Part shown: piece by piece, positions 49,624 to 60,875 of the stretch | How positions within the stretch are numbered: the first letter of the stretch is position 1 | Layout: each line of letters begins with the position of its first letter | Source of the DNA: an uncultured bacterium | Lineage (GTDB): Bacteria > Verrucomicrobiota > Verrucomicrobiia > Limisphaerales > UBA8199 | Direction of reading: 5' to 3' | Length of the DNA: 64,000 nt | NCBI GenBank assembly: GCA_963749495.1 | Contig: CAVVMW010000010.1 | Location: 352,001-416,000, forward strand | Position numbers and translations under genes: made by a program | Notes under the pieces: generated by a model | The model's database searches: none | Seen by the model: the letters and a program-made list of their open reading frames with translations, nothing else | Told to the model about the DNA's origin: nothing

Positions 49624-52600
49624 CTACCTTTTGGGCGGGGCGGCTTCGCGGACGACGGCGCCCAGGTCGGGGCTCAAGAGCAGCACGGCCAGGCGCTCGG
49701 CGTTGTCGAGTTCGTTGGTGTTGAGCGAGGCGTAGTCGAAGCGTCCGCGCAAGTCGGTGTAACCGTCCTTCAGGAACTTCACCTCGCCCGACTTGGTCTT
49801 CATATAGACTTTGACATAGGCGCCCGGGACCGGTTTTCGCGTTTGCGCGTGGGTCGCCGTCAGTTGCCCGTAGGGCTCGATCAACTGGACCTTGAGGGTA
49901 TTGGCATAGTAGGCCTGGGTCTTGCGGATGCCCGCGGCCAGGGCCTCGACCATCACGTTGTCGGCGCGGAACTGGCCGGGCAGTTCGACGGCGAGCATTT
50001 CCTTGCCCGCCGGCAGCTCGATGGGTTGGCTCAACACGGGCCGGATGAACGAGAATTGCGCCGCGCCCTCCTGCAGGAATGGGCTGCGCGAGAACAACAG
50101 CTCGATGTCCATCGGGTAGAAATTGAGCGTGCAGCCCTTGAGGTTGCGATAGTCCAGCCGGATCTGGCCCGCCTCGACCTGCATTTCCAGGGCCGGCTCG
50201 GTCGCCGCCAGGGCCCCTTGGGCCTGGTCGCGGTTTTCCTTGTCCGCTGCCCCGGCCGCGCCGCCGCTCAGTTCGTCAAGCTGGTTGAGCACCTGGGTGA
50301 AGAGGTTGCGCCAGCGGGGCACGGCTTCGTCCGCGTGCGCCTTGGCCAGCCTGCGCGCGCCGTCGACGTCGCCGCGGTAGAACGCGAGATAGGCCTCGAG
50401 GTAGTCGCACTGCAATTGCTCCGGCACCGCGTGGCGGTCGACGCGGCCGAACCAGTCGAGCGCCTCCTCGATGCGGTCCTGGAGGGTCAGGTAATAGGCG
50501 ACGGCCAACCTATCGACGTCGGTGAGCGCGGGTTTGTAGCTGAGCACCTTCATGAGGCGCTGGTATTGCTCGCGGAACCGGTTGTTGAGGATTTTGCGTT
50601 TGGCGCCGACCTGGTGGGCGCGCGGGTTGACCAGCGGCGCGTATTCCAGGTGCTGGTAGGCCAGCCGCTCGACGGGGTCGAGCGCCAGCAAGGGCGAGAT
50701 CAGGTAGAGGCCGCAGCGGTCGGCGAAGGGGGAATGGCGCAGAAAGGCGCCAATCGTTTCCGGGTCGTTGTGCAGGAGGCCGTAGGACCACAGGGTCTGG
50801 TCCCAGACATGGCGTCGATCGAGCAAGGCCGTGGCCTTCTTGAACCAATCGGGGCCGTGCAGGCGCCAGGCGATCTCGGTCAGGTCCAGCCGGTGGAGGT
50901 TGGCCTGGTCGAGGAACTCGAGGACCTCCTGTGGCGTGCCGTTCTGGGAGAGCCAGGCCCAGGAGGTCTTATCGATGCGGGTCAGGCGCTCGACCACGTT
51001 GAAGACGAACGGGGCGGCGCTGGCGACCACTGTGTCGCTGCGCGCCACGGTCACCGGGTAGTGGTGAAAGCTGCCGCTGCCGGGGAAGTAGAAATAGTAT
51101 TCCAGCTTCCCGGTGCTATAGGGCTCCAGGACCAGGTACAGGCCGCGCGTGCAGAAACCGCCACCAACGGGGATGGCGCCGACCGGGATCTGCAAGAGCA
51201 CCTGCAATCGCTGCCGATGGCCGCTCGGGTTGGTCAGGACCACCTCCGCGCCATAGACCACGTGCGGGAGAAATTCCTCGGTGACGTACTTGTCGAGCTG
51301 TTCGTTATTCTCGTGGCGGTAGCGGTCGTCGGCCCGGAAGAAGTGCTGCGCAACGAGTATCCCGCCCGCCTCTTCCGCGCGCGGCGCCTGGCGGATTTCG
51401 CGGTGAAAGACGATCAGCGGCGACGCGGCCTGGAGGCTGTATTTCAGACCGTCCAGCTTCTCCTCGTTTTGGCCCGCCTTGAACGGCAGGTCCAGCACCG
51501 CCAACGCGAGCATCATCTCAGTGAAGTTCCGCGCGGCCTGCAGGAACGATTTGGACAGGAACGGCGTCCGGCCGTCATGCTGGGCGTAATCGGCCCAGAA
51601 ATCGTTCACGGTAACCAGGCCGGCCAGTTGCTGCTCGATCGGCAGGTGGTAATAGTTGTTCTCGGCCCATTCCTTGGTGAGGTCCAGCTTCTGGAAGAAG
51701 CGCCGCGCTGCCTCACGTTCCCCGGCTTGCCGGGCAAAGAACACTCCAGCCGATAGGTCGCTGAGCGCCTCCGCCTTTGCCGCCGCTGCGCCGCCCGCAA
51801 TGTTCACCAGCCGCCGCGCCCTTTGCGCCGGCTCCCTGGCGGCCCCGCGGAATAGATTCCCCACCACGGGCCGGTCGCCCAGTATCGGGACCCCGTCCGC
51901 CGGGGGTGCCGCAGGCGCGGCCGTCGAGGCCGGCCTGTTCTGGATGCCACCACCAATCATTCCGCCGCCCGCTCCGAACATCTCAGCGTGCTGTTTCTGG
52001 TCCTTTTCCCTGCGCAGTTCCTCGAGGCCAAGGCGCACCCCGCCTTCGGTCTCCACGGCGCCGCTCTGGATCGCCGTGTCGAAGCGGCGGTTGAAGTCCT
52101 CGGGGTTGGGCGGGATGAGGTCGTCGAGGTCGCGCACATCGCGGGAGATGGAGGCCTGCTGGCCGGCCAGGCGCCTGGCCAGGAGGATGCGCTCGACGAT
52201 GTTCAACTGGTTGAAACGCCAGGGGTCCAGGTAGCTCTTGAGGTCGTCGTTGAGCAGCCAGTGATCCATGAAGGTCTTGTCCTTCTTGTTCTTGATGGAA
52301 GGCGCAATCACCGCGCGGAAAAACTCGGGGTCCTTGTGGTATAAGAAAAAGTTCAATTCGTGGCAGGCATACTTCGAGTAGTGGCGCTGCTGCTCCGAGC
52401 GGTCCAGGTCCGGCCAGTTGGCCACGAACGAGAACTCCTCGAAAGTGGGGTTGCCGCCGAGCGTCGCCAGCAGCCGATAGGCCTTGGCCACGGTGTCGCA
52501 GAGTTCGAAGCGGGCGGTCGTGGCGTCGGCTATCGTCAGGCCGCCCTGGGCCGTCAAGGGCGTGATGAGCTTCTGCTCGGAATAGGGCTTGGCGGGGTCT

Positions 52601-55600
52601 AGGCCGTCGGCCAGCCGCAGGTCGCGGGTCTTGACGGGGGTGTCCTCGAGCGCGACATCTTTCAGGACGGTTGCCAGCGGATCCACGGCCAGGATGCGCA
52701 ACTGGGGTTTGCCCTTGAGGTCGGCCCTGGGGATGCGAACGCGGCCCTCTTTGTCGGGCACGAGGTTGAGCAACACCACGGCGGGCTCTTTCAGGAAATC
52801 GAGCGAGGCGTATCCCTCGGGCGATTCGGCAGGCGCAGGGGAAGCCCCAGGCATCGGCGCGGCCGCCTGCGCCATTTCGGCCTGGGCGGGGGCATATTGC
52901 GTGGCGCCGGCGAGCACTTCCGCCTCGGTTTGCGTGTCGCGCAAGGCCCACGGGTTCAGGAGCAGCCCGGGACGATCGAGCATGTTGCCGGGGAACTTCC
53001 GGGCCGACTGGCGGTCCAGGATATAGCGGTACTCGTCGCCGATGTCCCGGCCGGACTCGTAAAACGTTCTGGAAGGCCGCCACACCTGCTCCTGGAGGGC
53101 TGCCGCGCCTGTGAAACCCAGCTTGGCGAACAGGTCGTAGGCCGGCAGGTAACGGGTCGCGAAGACGTGGACCCGCGTGAACGGCGTGGAATTCGCCAGC
53201 CGGATTTCCACGGCCTCCGCCCCGGGGTCCACGGCGCTAATCTGTAATGGCGCCAGGCGGGGGCGCTCCAGCGCCCGCCGCGCCGAGACAATGCAACCGT
53301 CCCGGTCCTCACCCTGCGTCACCGCGACCGCTATCTCCTGCGCCTGGGGCCTCAACCAGAGGGAGTAGTCGCCCGCAGGGAGGTCCCGCAGTTCCAGGAA
53401 GCCGCCCTCGATGGCGAGGGCCTCGTGCCAGTCCTTGACGAACTGGCCGCGCCGCACCTCCAGGAGCGAGATGGCCTTGAGCAGGCCGGGCCCCTCGGAC
53501 GCGAGCGGCACGCGCAACGTTTCGCCCGCGCGCCCGTGCAGCTCGGCCGCCCAGGCGCAGGCCCCGCGCGCCGTGGACCATTTCGCCTCGCGGCCGGCCG
53601 GTTCCTTCACGCGGAACCACTCGATGTCCTCGAGCCGCCCAGCCAGGCGCGGCCCTGGTCGTCGGTCTTGAGCGCCGCGTGGACCTCGTCGCGGAAGAGC
53701 CGGTGCTTGAAGGCGCAGGCGAGCGGTTCGCCCGGAAGGGGCTCGCCGTTCTTGCCGCGCAACTCGACGATATAGCCGGCGCCGGTCCGGCTGACGTGCA
53801 GGTCCTGGACCGCCTGGGTGCGGTCGATGCCGTTGAGGACGAAGGTCTCGCCGCCGGCCAGGTCCTGTTTTTTGTTCTGGCTGACGTTCTGGATGCGGGC
53901 CTTGAGTGTGACGGTGAGGGTGACGGTGTTGTCCGGGACGAGGATTTCGCAGACGGTCTCGGCGTCCTCGCGCAGGTCGAGGCCCGGGAATTCCTTTTCT
54001 GTCGAGATGCCCTGGAGGTCAGTGGTCTGGAGCACCAGGCGGGGCTCCTCGAGCAACTTGAGGCTGGTGGGCCGGCCGTTGACGCGCAGGACGGGCCGGA
54101 GCGCCACGCGCGCCTTTTCACGGCGGACGAGCGACTCGCGGTCCACGTAGATGCCTGCGTTCAACTGGTAATTCTCGGCCAGGTGGTCGAACCGGAGGAT
54201 CGAGGCGAAGCCGCCCTGCTGGACGATCAGGGTCCCGGACTGCGGCTGGGTGCTGAAAGGGACCAGGATGCGGCCGCCCTGGCCCGGCGTGAATTCACGC
54301 CCGCCCAGCCAGGCGCGAGCGTCCGGCAGGAGCGCGCCCGATTCGTCGAGCACGGTGAACGCGTGCCCGGCGGCGGTGATTTCCTGGAGCACGTTCAGGC
54401 GTCCCTTCTGCACCAGGGCGCGGCTGCTCTTGCCGTTGCCGATGAGTTCGACCACGTAGGCGCCGCGGTTCTTGAGTTCCGGGAACTCGAAGGCGCGGGC
54501 CACGCGGCGCTCGGGCGGCTCCTGGTACTGGACGCGGCGCTCGGAGGAGGCCACCAGCCCGTCAAGGTTGAGGGCCAGGTTCAACGGCTGGCCGGTCTCG
54601 CGATAATAATTGAAGGTGTTGATCTCATAGACCTTCACGATGAGCGAGGGCACGTTTTTGACCAAGGCGGTGAGCTTCACGGCGGCATCGGCGGCGGCCA
54701 CCTCGGGATTGTCGGGCGCGAAGTCGATGTCAACCCGCTCCTTGAGCCGCCGGTACTCGTCGGGCGAAAGGAGCGGGGCCCACTGCTGGAGGTCGCCGAT
54801 GCCGTTGACGATCTTCGTCTCGGCGAAGATGCGCTTGAGGAAGTCGTCGCGCAGCCAGGGGCGATACTCGTCGTAGTCCGGCGCCTCGCGCAGGAAACCC
54901 AAAAGGAAGGCCCGCACGAGCGGTTCCTCGTCGAGGATGGGCCGGAGCGAGATCAGCCCGAAGTCCTTGTCGAGTTGCGCCATGTAATCGCCGCGGGGAA
55001 GCTGCTGGCGGATTTCATCGCGCAGGTAGGGCACATTGCGCGGCAGCTTCACGTACTGGAGGAAACGCTCGCGGCTGTACACGCCGCGCTTCTGGTCGGC
55101 GCGCAGCCGGTGATACAGGACGTGGGCCTTGAGCGAGTTGTGAACGGGGTCGAGCGTCTGGACGAACGCCCAGACCCGCTCCAGGTAGGCCTCGAGCGAG
55201 GCGGGGTCGGTCTCGATGTCCACCTCGTTCTCGGGGGCCAGTTTGGCCAGGTAAAGGGTGACGAAGTCGGTTTGGTTGCGCAGGCGCGGCTCTTTGCGCA
55301 GCAACTCGTCCATTTGCGAGAGCGTCAGGCGCTTGTGGATGTCGAGGCTGCCGAAACCGCGGCTCTCGCGGTACTGCAGGTCGGCCAGGACCAGGTCCAC
55401 CAGGCCCGGGTAGTCCGGCCGCTGCAGGCGGGAGAGCAGATTGTGGCGCTGGTCGTCGGTGATCGATTGGCCGGCCGCCAGCTCCAGGCCGGCATTTTCG
55501 ATGCGTTCGAGGCTGGCCCGGTCGACGGCCAGGGCCCGTTTCAGGAGCGTGTCGGGGCCGATCAGGGCGTTGTCGAACCTGGTGGGAGCATCGCTGTGGC

Positions 55601-56270
55601 GCTCCCCGGTCTTGCGGGCATGGTCGAAGCGCAGGTCCAACTGCTCGCGCAGGTACTGGAGGGTCTTTTGCGGGTCTTGCTCGTAGTCGAGCAGGGCCTG
55701 GCGGTTGAGGAGTTCGCGCGCGCCGTCGGTCACCCGGCCGTTGCGCTCGCGCACCCAGCGCTCGATGACCTCGTGGAACCGCTCGCGCTGGCCCGTGTTC
55801 TGGGCCTGCAAGGCGTGATAGTAGAAGTAGTCGTCCGTGCCCGGGACCAGCTCCTTGAGCGCGGCCTCCCGGTCCGGAGCCAGGCTGAAGCTCTCGATGT
55901 AGCCGATCTCCTGGCCGAGCGCAGTCCCTGCCACCAGGGCGGCGAGGCACACGAACACGCGCGCCACAGGACATGGCGCCTGGCGTCGGGCGCAATCGGA
56001 CACTCCCCCCGGAGTGCGCCCGTCCCCGGGCGCAGCAACGGAGGAGCGGGCGGGCGCGCCAGAGTTTTTGGCCGCTGCCCTAGCTCCCGGCGTCGCTGCG
56101 CCCGAGGACGGGCGCACTCCGGCCCGGCCACCGGCGGTGGGGGCAGTGTCCGATTGCGCCCCCTGGCGTCGGCGCCACGATGACGTGCTTGTGAGCCTGT
56201 CGATTCCGGGCCTGCAGAATCGGGGATGCCGCAGGTGTGCGCCCTGCAGCCTTAAGAGTGTCGTTTTCAT
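49624..56270 (-). CDS. Very large conserved hypothetical exported protein (weakly alpha-2-macroglobulin-like), frameshift near 53635
   Basis: Consecutive 916- and 1328-aa ORFs with coding-like composition; hydrophobic signal ending ALG-QE; C-terminal KDGYTDLRGRFDYAS. Confidence 0.75.
55988..56161. mobile_element. 174-bp MITE with perfect 17-bp TIRs and 9-bp TSD, inserted in frame
   Basis: gggcgcaatcggacact / agtgtccgattgcgccc; TSD cctggcgtc at 55979-55987 and 56162-56170. Confidence 0.88.
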
Positions 56271-56384
56271 ATTCAGTGATGCGTCGTCCCGTTCCTTTTC
56301 GTGCCGGCGGCGGCCCGACGCGCGATGAGCTTCCGATGATATGACACCGGAGCGCAAGATTTCTTAGTGGTGGTTGGTTCGGAC

Positions 56385-56479
56385 GGGCGCATCCCGACAC
56401 CGCCCCCACCGGCAGTCGCAAGGTGGGAGGTGCGCCCGTCGTTCGGGCGTACTCCGGAGGGCAGTGTCGGGAAGGGCCC
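56385..56479. mobile_element. Short variant of the 174-bp MITE family
   Basis: Ends gggcgcatcccgacac / gtgtcgggaagggccc with a reduced interior. Confidence 0.55.
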
Positions 56480-56673
56480 CAGGGCCGAAGGCCCGTCATG
56501 TGATAGCCCGGGCTGGAGCAGATCGGAGGCCCGGGTAAGCCAGCGCCCCTCGAAAAGCCCTCGCCAGTAAGGCCGGGACCTTATGGCGCCCTTGGCAGGG
56601 CGCGCCAGATTCTGGCCCGATGACCTGGGCCTCCGCTCGCAAACTCGCTCCAGCCCAGGCTGTCACATTTCGG

Positions 56674-56823
56674 GTGACTGTTCAGGTGTGGGGCAGACCT
56701 CTGGTCTGCCGGTTCACGGAGCCTCCGGCTCCGTGTCCCTTGCAGTGGCGAGGCACGGGGCCAGAGGCCCCTGCAACCGGCAGACCGGAGGTCTGCCCCA
56801 CGCGCCGCCACCTGAACAGCTAC
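56674..56823. mobile_element. 150-bp MITE with perfect 8-bp TSD (family of 9717-9862)
   Basis: TIRs gtgactgttcagg / cctgaacagctac; TSD catttcgg at 56666-56673 and 56824-56831. Confidence 0.85.
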
Positions 56824-57074
56824 CATTTCGGGCTCGAGGGCGGGCCCACTCCGGGCAGGGGTGGTTCAAGGTTGACGGGGCGGCCGGGGCGGGTCTGCGG
56901 CGCAGGGGTATGGACCTGCTACAGTGCTACAAGGCCCATGGAACCGGGGGATTTTTGACGTCAGACCCGCAACACCACCTGCAACAAGGCGCTACGGGGC
57001 CGGTAAAATCGGGGGATTTTTGCGGGCACGGTTTTTGTTTGACACGGCGGAAGTCGACACCGGCTCGGTAAAAT

Positions 57075-57180
57075 CGGCCTTCGGATAGAGGAGGTGCTGA
57101 GCCGGGGTACGTGAAAGAGGATTTCGCGGAGGCGTTTCGGCGGCATATCCCGGCCTTGGAGGCGGAAGCGCTAAAGCCCA
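57075..57180 (+). pseudogene. Possible DUF3631-like C-terminal fragment
   Basis: LRIEEVLSRGYVKEDFAEAFRRHIP resembles the DUF3631 C-terminal KGY…F.DA..RY motif. Confidence 0.35.
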
Positions 57181-57332
57181 AGGGGGGAAGAGACCAAGGT
57201 CCGGCCGAAGTGGCCAGGGTGAACCCTGCGCCGACCGCAGCGGCGGAAAACTCTGGAAAGACTCTGTTCTGGCCCCGTCCAGCCGCTGGCTTCAGTCAAG
57301 CCCAACATTGTCATTTTTTGAGGACTGACCCC

Positions 57333-57842
57333 GCCACCGCCACAGGCAACATCGCTTTCTAAAGCATCGTCAAACTCAGGAATGGAAGGCGTTCAACAGG
57401 TTTCTCCATTGCGGACGTTCATGCGGTTGGCAGTCAGCTACATGGACGGAGCAAACTGACCTCTTTCGAGGAGGTTGTGGCCAGCGATGACCTGCGTGAA
57501 CCACTCCTGCTGCATGATGTGCTGAGCGATAGGCACCAGGAAGACCCCAGCACCACGGCTGCAAGAAGGATGGACTGGTCTGCGTTTATGGCCAGTCCTT
57601 CGAAGCGTGAGCAGTCCATAATCACCTGCCTAATGGAAGGCAAACCCCTCAGCAGCCTGGCACGCAGATGCCACTTGAACACCTCGACGATGACGTATCA
57701 TAAGGAGCGACTGGCCCAAGCCATAGCCCCGTTTATGGGAACGGATATACTCATCGAAATAGGTCGTAAACCTCGCTGGAAGGACAGCGTCAATGCCGCT
57801 CGTGAAAAGATGGCCTGTCGTGATGAGCGCCGCACCCTGTAA
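57333..57842 (+). pseudogene. 5'-truncated sigma-factor-like HTH gene with a premature stop
   Basis: ATGNIAF*SIVKLRNGRRSTG…EDPSTTAARRMDW…LMEGKPLSSLARRCHLN; begins directly after TGACCCC (57326-57332). Confidence 0.5.
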
Positions 57843-57849
57843 CCAACAC

Positions 57850-57926
57850 CTCACCCTCTGGCACTTGCTGCTCGGGTCCTGCCTTATTGATGGGTAGGGC
57901 TAGAGCAACAAGTGTCAGAGGGTGAG
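57850..57926 (+). other. Long imperfect hairpin after the HTH gene
   Basis: ctcaccctctggcacttgctgctc…gagcaacaagtgtcagagggtgag, about 34-bp stem. Confidence 0.6.
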
Positions 57927-58071
57927 ACACTATGGCGGTTAGCTCTTAGCTGTTAGCTATCAGCCATTGGTTGGATGATGTGCCGTCATCTGTAATCAAT
58001 CCGCTGGCTCTACATTGGCTCCTGTGGCTCTCTATGGAGGGCTATGGGGGCTGGTGTGGAGGCTATGGGAA

Positions 58072-58590
58072 TCAGAGTGTGTGGCTGTTTACTTTAGCTA
58101 TGAGCGGTGAGGTTGATGACGTGCTGCTGGTTATTGATGCTGCCTTCCAGTCCCGTGGGTCTTGCTCAAAGTTTGTTTTAACGAGATAGCGAAGTTCTTT
58201 GAAATCATCGGGTGAGCGTTTGCTGATGTCAGTCCACGCTTGGGAAAACGCTTTCCGCTTAAAGTTGGCGCGCATACCGTCGCGCCAAAAGGTCCAAGTG
58301 CGTCGGCTGACTCGACCAATATGACGGAGAAAGACTTGCTCGTTGGAAAGGTCAAAGTAGCTATACAATCCATCAAACGCCTTGCGGCATTCTTCCTCTG
58401 ACAATGAGCCATCATCGAGAAATGCTTTGGTCGGCAACTCGGATGCCAAGTGGCGATATTCGCGCGCAAGCGAGTCCTCGAAAGCCGTCACTGCCTGCCT
58501 GTGAGTGGTCCAAAGCTGCCACGCGGCCACGCCGACGCCGCAAGAGGTAGCACCTGCAGCAAGAGTATTGAGAATAGGTAGAATATTCAT
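58072..58590 (-). CDS. Hypothetical protein with N-terminal TM helix (lower GC)
   Basis: 172 aa; hydrophobic N-terminus; YFDLSNEQVFLR…W..W segment. Confidence 0.7.
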   Translation of the reverse strand: MNILPILNTLAAGATSCGVGVAAWQLWTTHRQAVTAFEDSLAREYRHLASELPTKAFLDDGSLSEEECRKAFDGLYSYFDLSNEQVFLRHIGRVSRRTWTFWRDGMRANFKRKAFSQAWTDISKRSPDDFKELRYLVKTNFEQDPRDWKAASITSSTSSTSPLIAKVNSHTL

Positions 58591-58706
58591 TGTCGCCTGG
58601 GCTTACAGATAGCTAATCTTATAGAAAGGTGTTTTTAAGGGGCCGTTCCTTCATTGCTGTTCTTTATGTAGTTATCTAATTGGATACCTACCGCACTTGG
58701 GTATGC

Positions 58707-59843
58707 TTATGGAGAAACTTGTAGCCGGAAGAAGAGTTGCCCCCAATTGTCCACGTCAAAATACTGTGGATAATCCATGACGGTGTTGGTCGGAGTAAAG
58801 GGTGAGGCATGATTGGTCCAAGTGTTGAGGTCTGTGGAGACCTGCAGCTGGTAGTTAGTGCCAAGGAACAGATTGGAAAACGACGGCTTGACTGCCTTGA
58901 TTAAGCTAGCTTTTGGCTGCGGCCCTTGCGGCGGCTGCAACGGCGGGACCACAATGATGGATGTGGGGGCACCTTGAAACTCTGAAATGAGCGACGCATT
59001 TACTACCTGTCCAGAGGTTGTGTATTGAGCGACTGTTCCACCAGACCCGCTATACCCTCCGAGCAGAAACAGACTTCCGTTGCCATCTAACGCCATGTCA
59101 GCGACTGCGTTGGTCGGTCCCGAAATGAGCGAGGCATTAACCAGCTCTCCTGATGTTGTGTATTTAGCGATTGTGAAGTTCGTATAGGCCAAGGTGGTCG
59201 CCACGTAAAGATACCCGTTTCCATCAACGGCCAAAGCGGTAGCAAAAGTCGGCCCAGAAGAGGTAACGAGCGAGAAATACAAGGTAGCTCCCGAAGTCGC
59301 GTATTCGGTTATACCGCCGTACTCATTAACCGTGAATAAGTGTCCGTTCCCATCCGACTTAAGGTCATAGCCCACTCCTGAACCGCCGTCTCCCGAAATG
59401 AGCTTGGCGTTCACTGGAGCTCCAGAGGTCGTGTATTCGCCGATTACCGCGCTGCCCTCGAAAGGCGAATACGCCACAAAAAGGTACTCATCATCTACGG
59501 CCACGCTCGAAGCGCCGTTCAGCGACGAAATGAGCGATGTATTCACCGGAGCTCCAGAGGTCATGTATTCGCCTATGCCGTCTGCATTCCTCACTAGTAA
59601 GTGGCCGTTGCCATCGTATGCAAGGCCCCCACCGCTCAGGCCAGGCGTCGCGTGACTCACTGAACACTGTATCAATGAAGCATTGACGGTTTCTCCTGAT
59701 GTCGTGTATTCACCAATCACGTTCGTTTGACCAGGCGTGGAAAGCACAAAAATCTGCCCATGCGCCGTCGAGGTGAACGCTTCGGTGGCGAACAGCCCCA
59801 AGGTAATAGCCAGAACTCCGAATACTGCGTTAGTTGTTTTCAT
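58707..59843 (-). CDS. Secreted beta-propeller-like repeat protein (lower GC)
   Basis: Signal peptide; repeated IGEYTTSGxxVNASLIS / LAxDGNGxLxV; C-terminal YQLQVSTDLNTW…FFRL. Confidence 0.8.
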   Translation of the reverse strand: MKTTNAVFGVLAITLGLFATEAFTSTAHGQIFVLSTPGQTNVIGEYTTSGETVNASLIQCSVSHATPGLSGGGLAYDGNGHLLVRNADGIGEYMTSGAPVNTSLISSLNGASSVAVDDEYLFVAYSPFEGSAVIGEYTTSGAPVNAKLISGDGGSGVGYDLKSDGNGHLFTVNEYGGITEYATSGATLYFSLVTSSGPTFATALAVDGNGYLYVATTLAYTNFTIAKYTTSGELVNASLISGPTNAVADMALDGNGSLFLLGGYSGSGGTVAQYTTSGQVVNASLISEFQGAPTSIIVVPPLQPPQGPQPKASLIKAVKPSFSNLFLGTNYQLQVSTDLNTWTNHASPFTPTNTVMDYPQYFDVDNWGQLFFRLQVSP

Positions 59844-59984
59844 ATACATTTCCATTCCGTCGAGAAGGAGCATGTCCATATGGCCTTTAACTATGAGCAG
59901 TTGGTTCGCGGGAGTGTTGCCCCTCTAAACATCACCTTCAGCCACTACATCAGCTCCTGTGGTTCTCTTAGGAGGGCTACGGGG

Positions 59985-60131
59985 GTATTCGGGTAGCAGC
60001 ATGGCGGCGAGAATGACGATGACGGAGATGACCACCAGCAGTTCGATTAGGGTAAATGCCGGATTGCCGTTGGACCTCCCGCCAGGTCCAAAGGTGTTCA
60101 CCGGCTCCAGTTTCGGGTTAGGCCATTTCAT
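59985..60131 (-). pseudogene. Prepilin-type N-terminal cleavage/methylation gene fragment
   Basis: AFTLIELLVVISVIVILAAMLLP followed by loss of similarity and an early stop. Confidence 0.7.
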
Positions 60132-60619
60132 AAAGTCCTGTGTCAGCACGATTCAACGCCTCACGGGCCACGGAGTCAAGACGAATCAGCCCGCACCAAC
60201 TCCATCAACTCCCGGTCCATGAGCCCCGCCCTTCGCTCCCCATTGGCTCTCCAGCGCCTTTCCTGCCCTCTGCTGCCCTCTGCTCTTGCCTTGGAGGTCG
60301 TCTTGGCCAGCACGAGGTCAGAGGGCCAGGTGGATGCAGCGGCCGAGGTCAGTGCTCATTGCGAGGATGGAGCCAGCGGCGGGTTCCTCGTTTTAATGGC
60401 CTGGTCCTGGAGCGTGAACGGGCTCAGCAGGGCTTCTGGCGGCTGGGAGGCAGGAAGGGAGAGCCGGTAGATTGACGAGGGCAGGCAGGGGGCCAGGCGG
60501 CGGCGCAGGCGGTGGTGGTGGAGAGGATGAAGCGGACGGCGGGCCAGGGGGAAGGTCCTGAGAATCCTCGAAATGCCAAAAGCCCCTTATTTTATCCGGT
60601 CTGTGAATGGTAAACTTTT

Positions 60620-60805
60620 ATGTGGGCCTATGTCGCGCTGACCGGCTGGCCTGCGTCGGCGATTCGCGCGGCGGTGATGCTGACGGTGGTGCTGGCGGGC
60701 TGGGTGCTGAAGCGGCCGAGTGATTTGCTCAATTCGCTGCACGCCGCCGCGTGGCTCATCCAGGCCTGGGAACCGGAGCAGCTCTTCCAGGCGGGCTTTC
60801 AGCCC
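60620..60805 (+). pseudogene. comEC: Internal fragment of ComEC/Rec2
   Basis: YVALTGWPASAIRAAVM…LLNSL..AA…P.QLFQAGFQ, the Competence-domain signature. Confidence 0.72.
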
Positions 60806-60875
60806 CAGGGTGGGCGCAGCTCGGGGGCGGCGTCGGGATACGCCCGATGGCCTGGCGCGGCGCAGGAGCTGCGGG

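Noticed and set aside
40004..56183. Long plus-strand ORFs (40004-43189, 49471-51756, 53679-56183; likewise 27186-29294 and 29985-32705)
   Set aside because: Antisense shadows of GC-rich minus-strand genes with no recognisable motifs.
57930..58620. Integron cassette (GTTAGC motifs near 57938-57958 and a cassette-like gene)
   Set aside because: No complete attC with paired R and L boxes in the right orientation, and no integrase.
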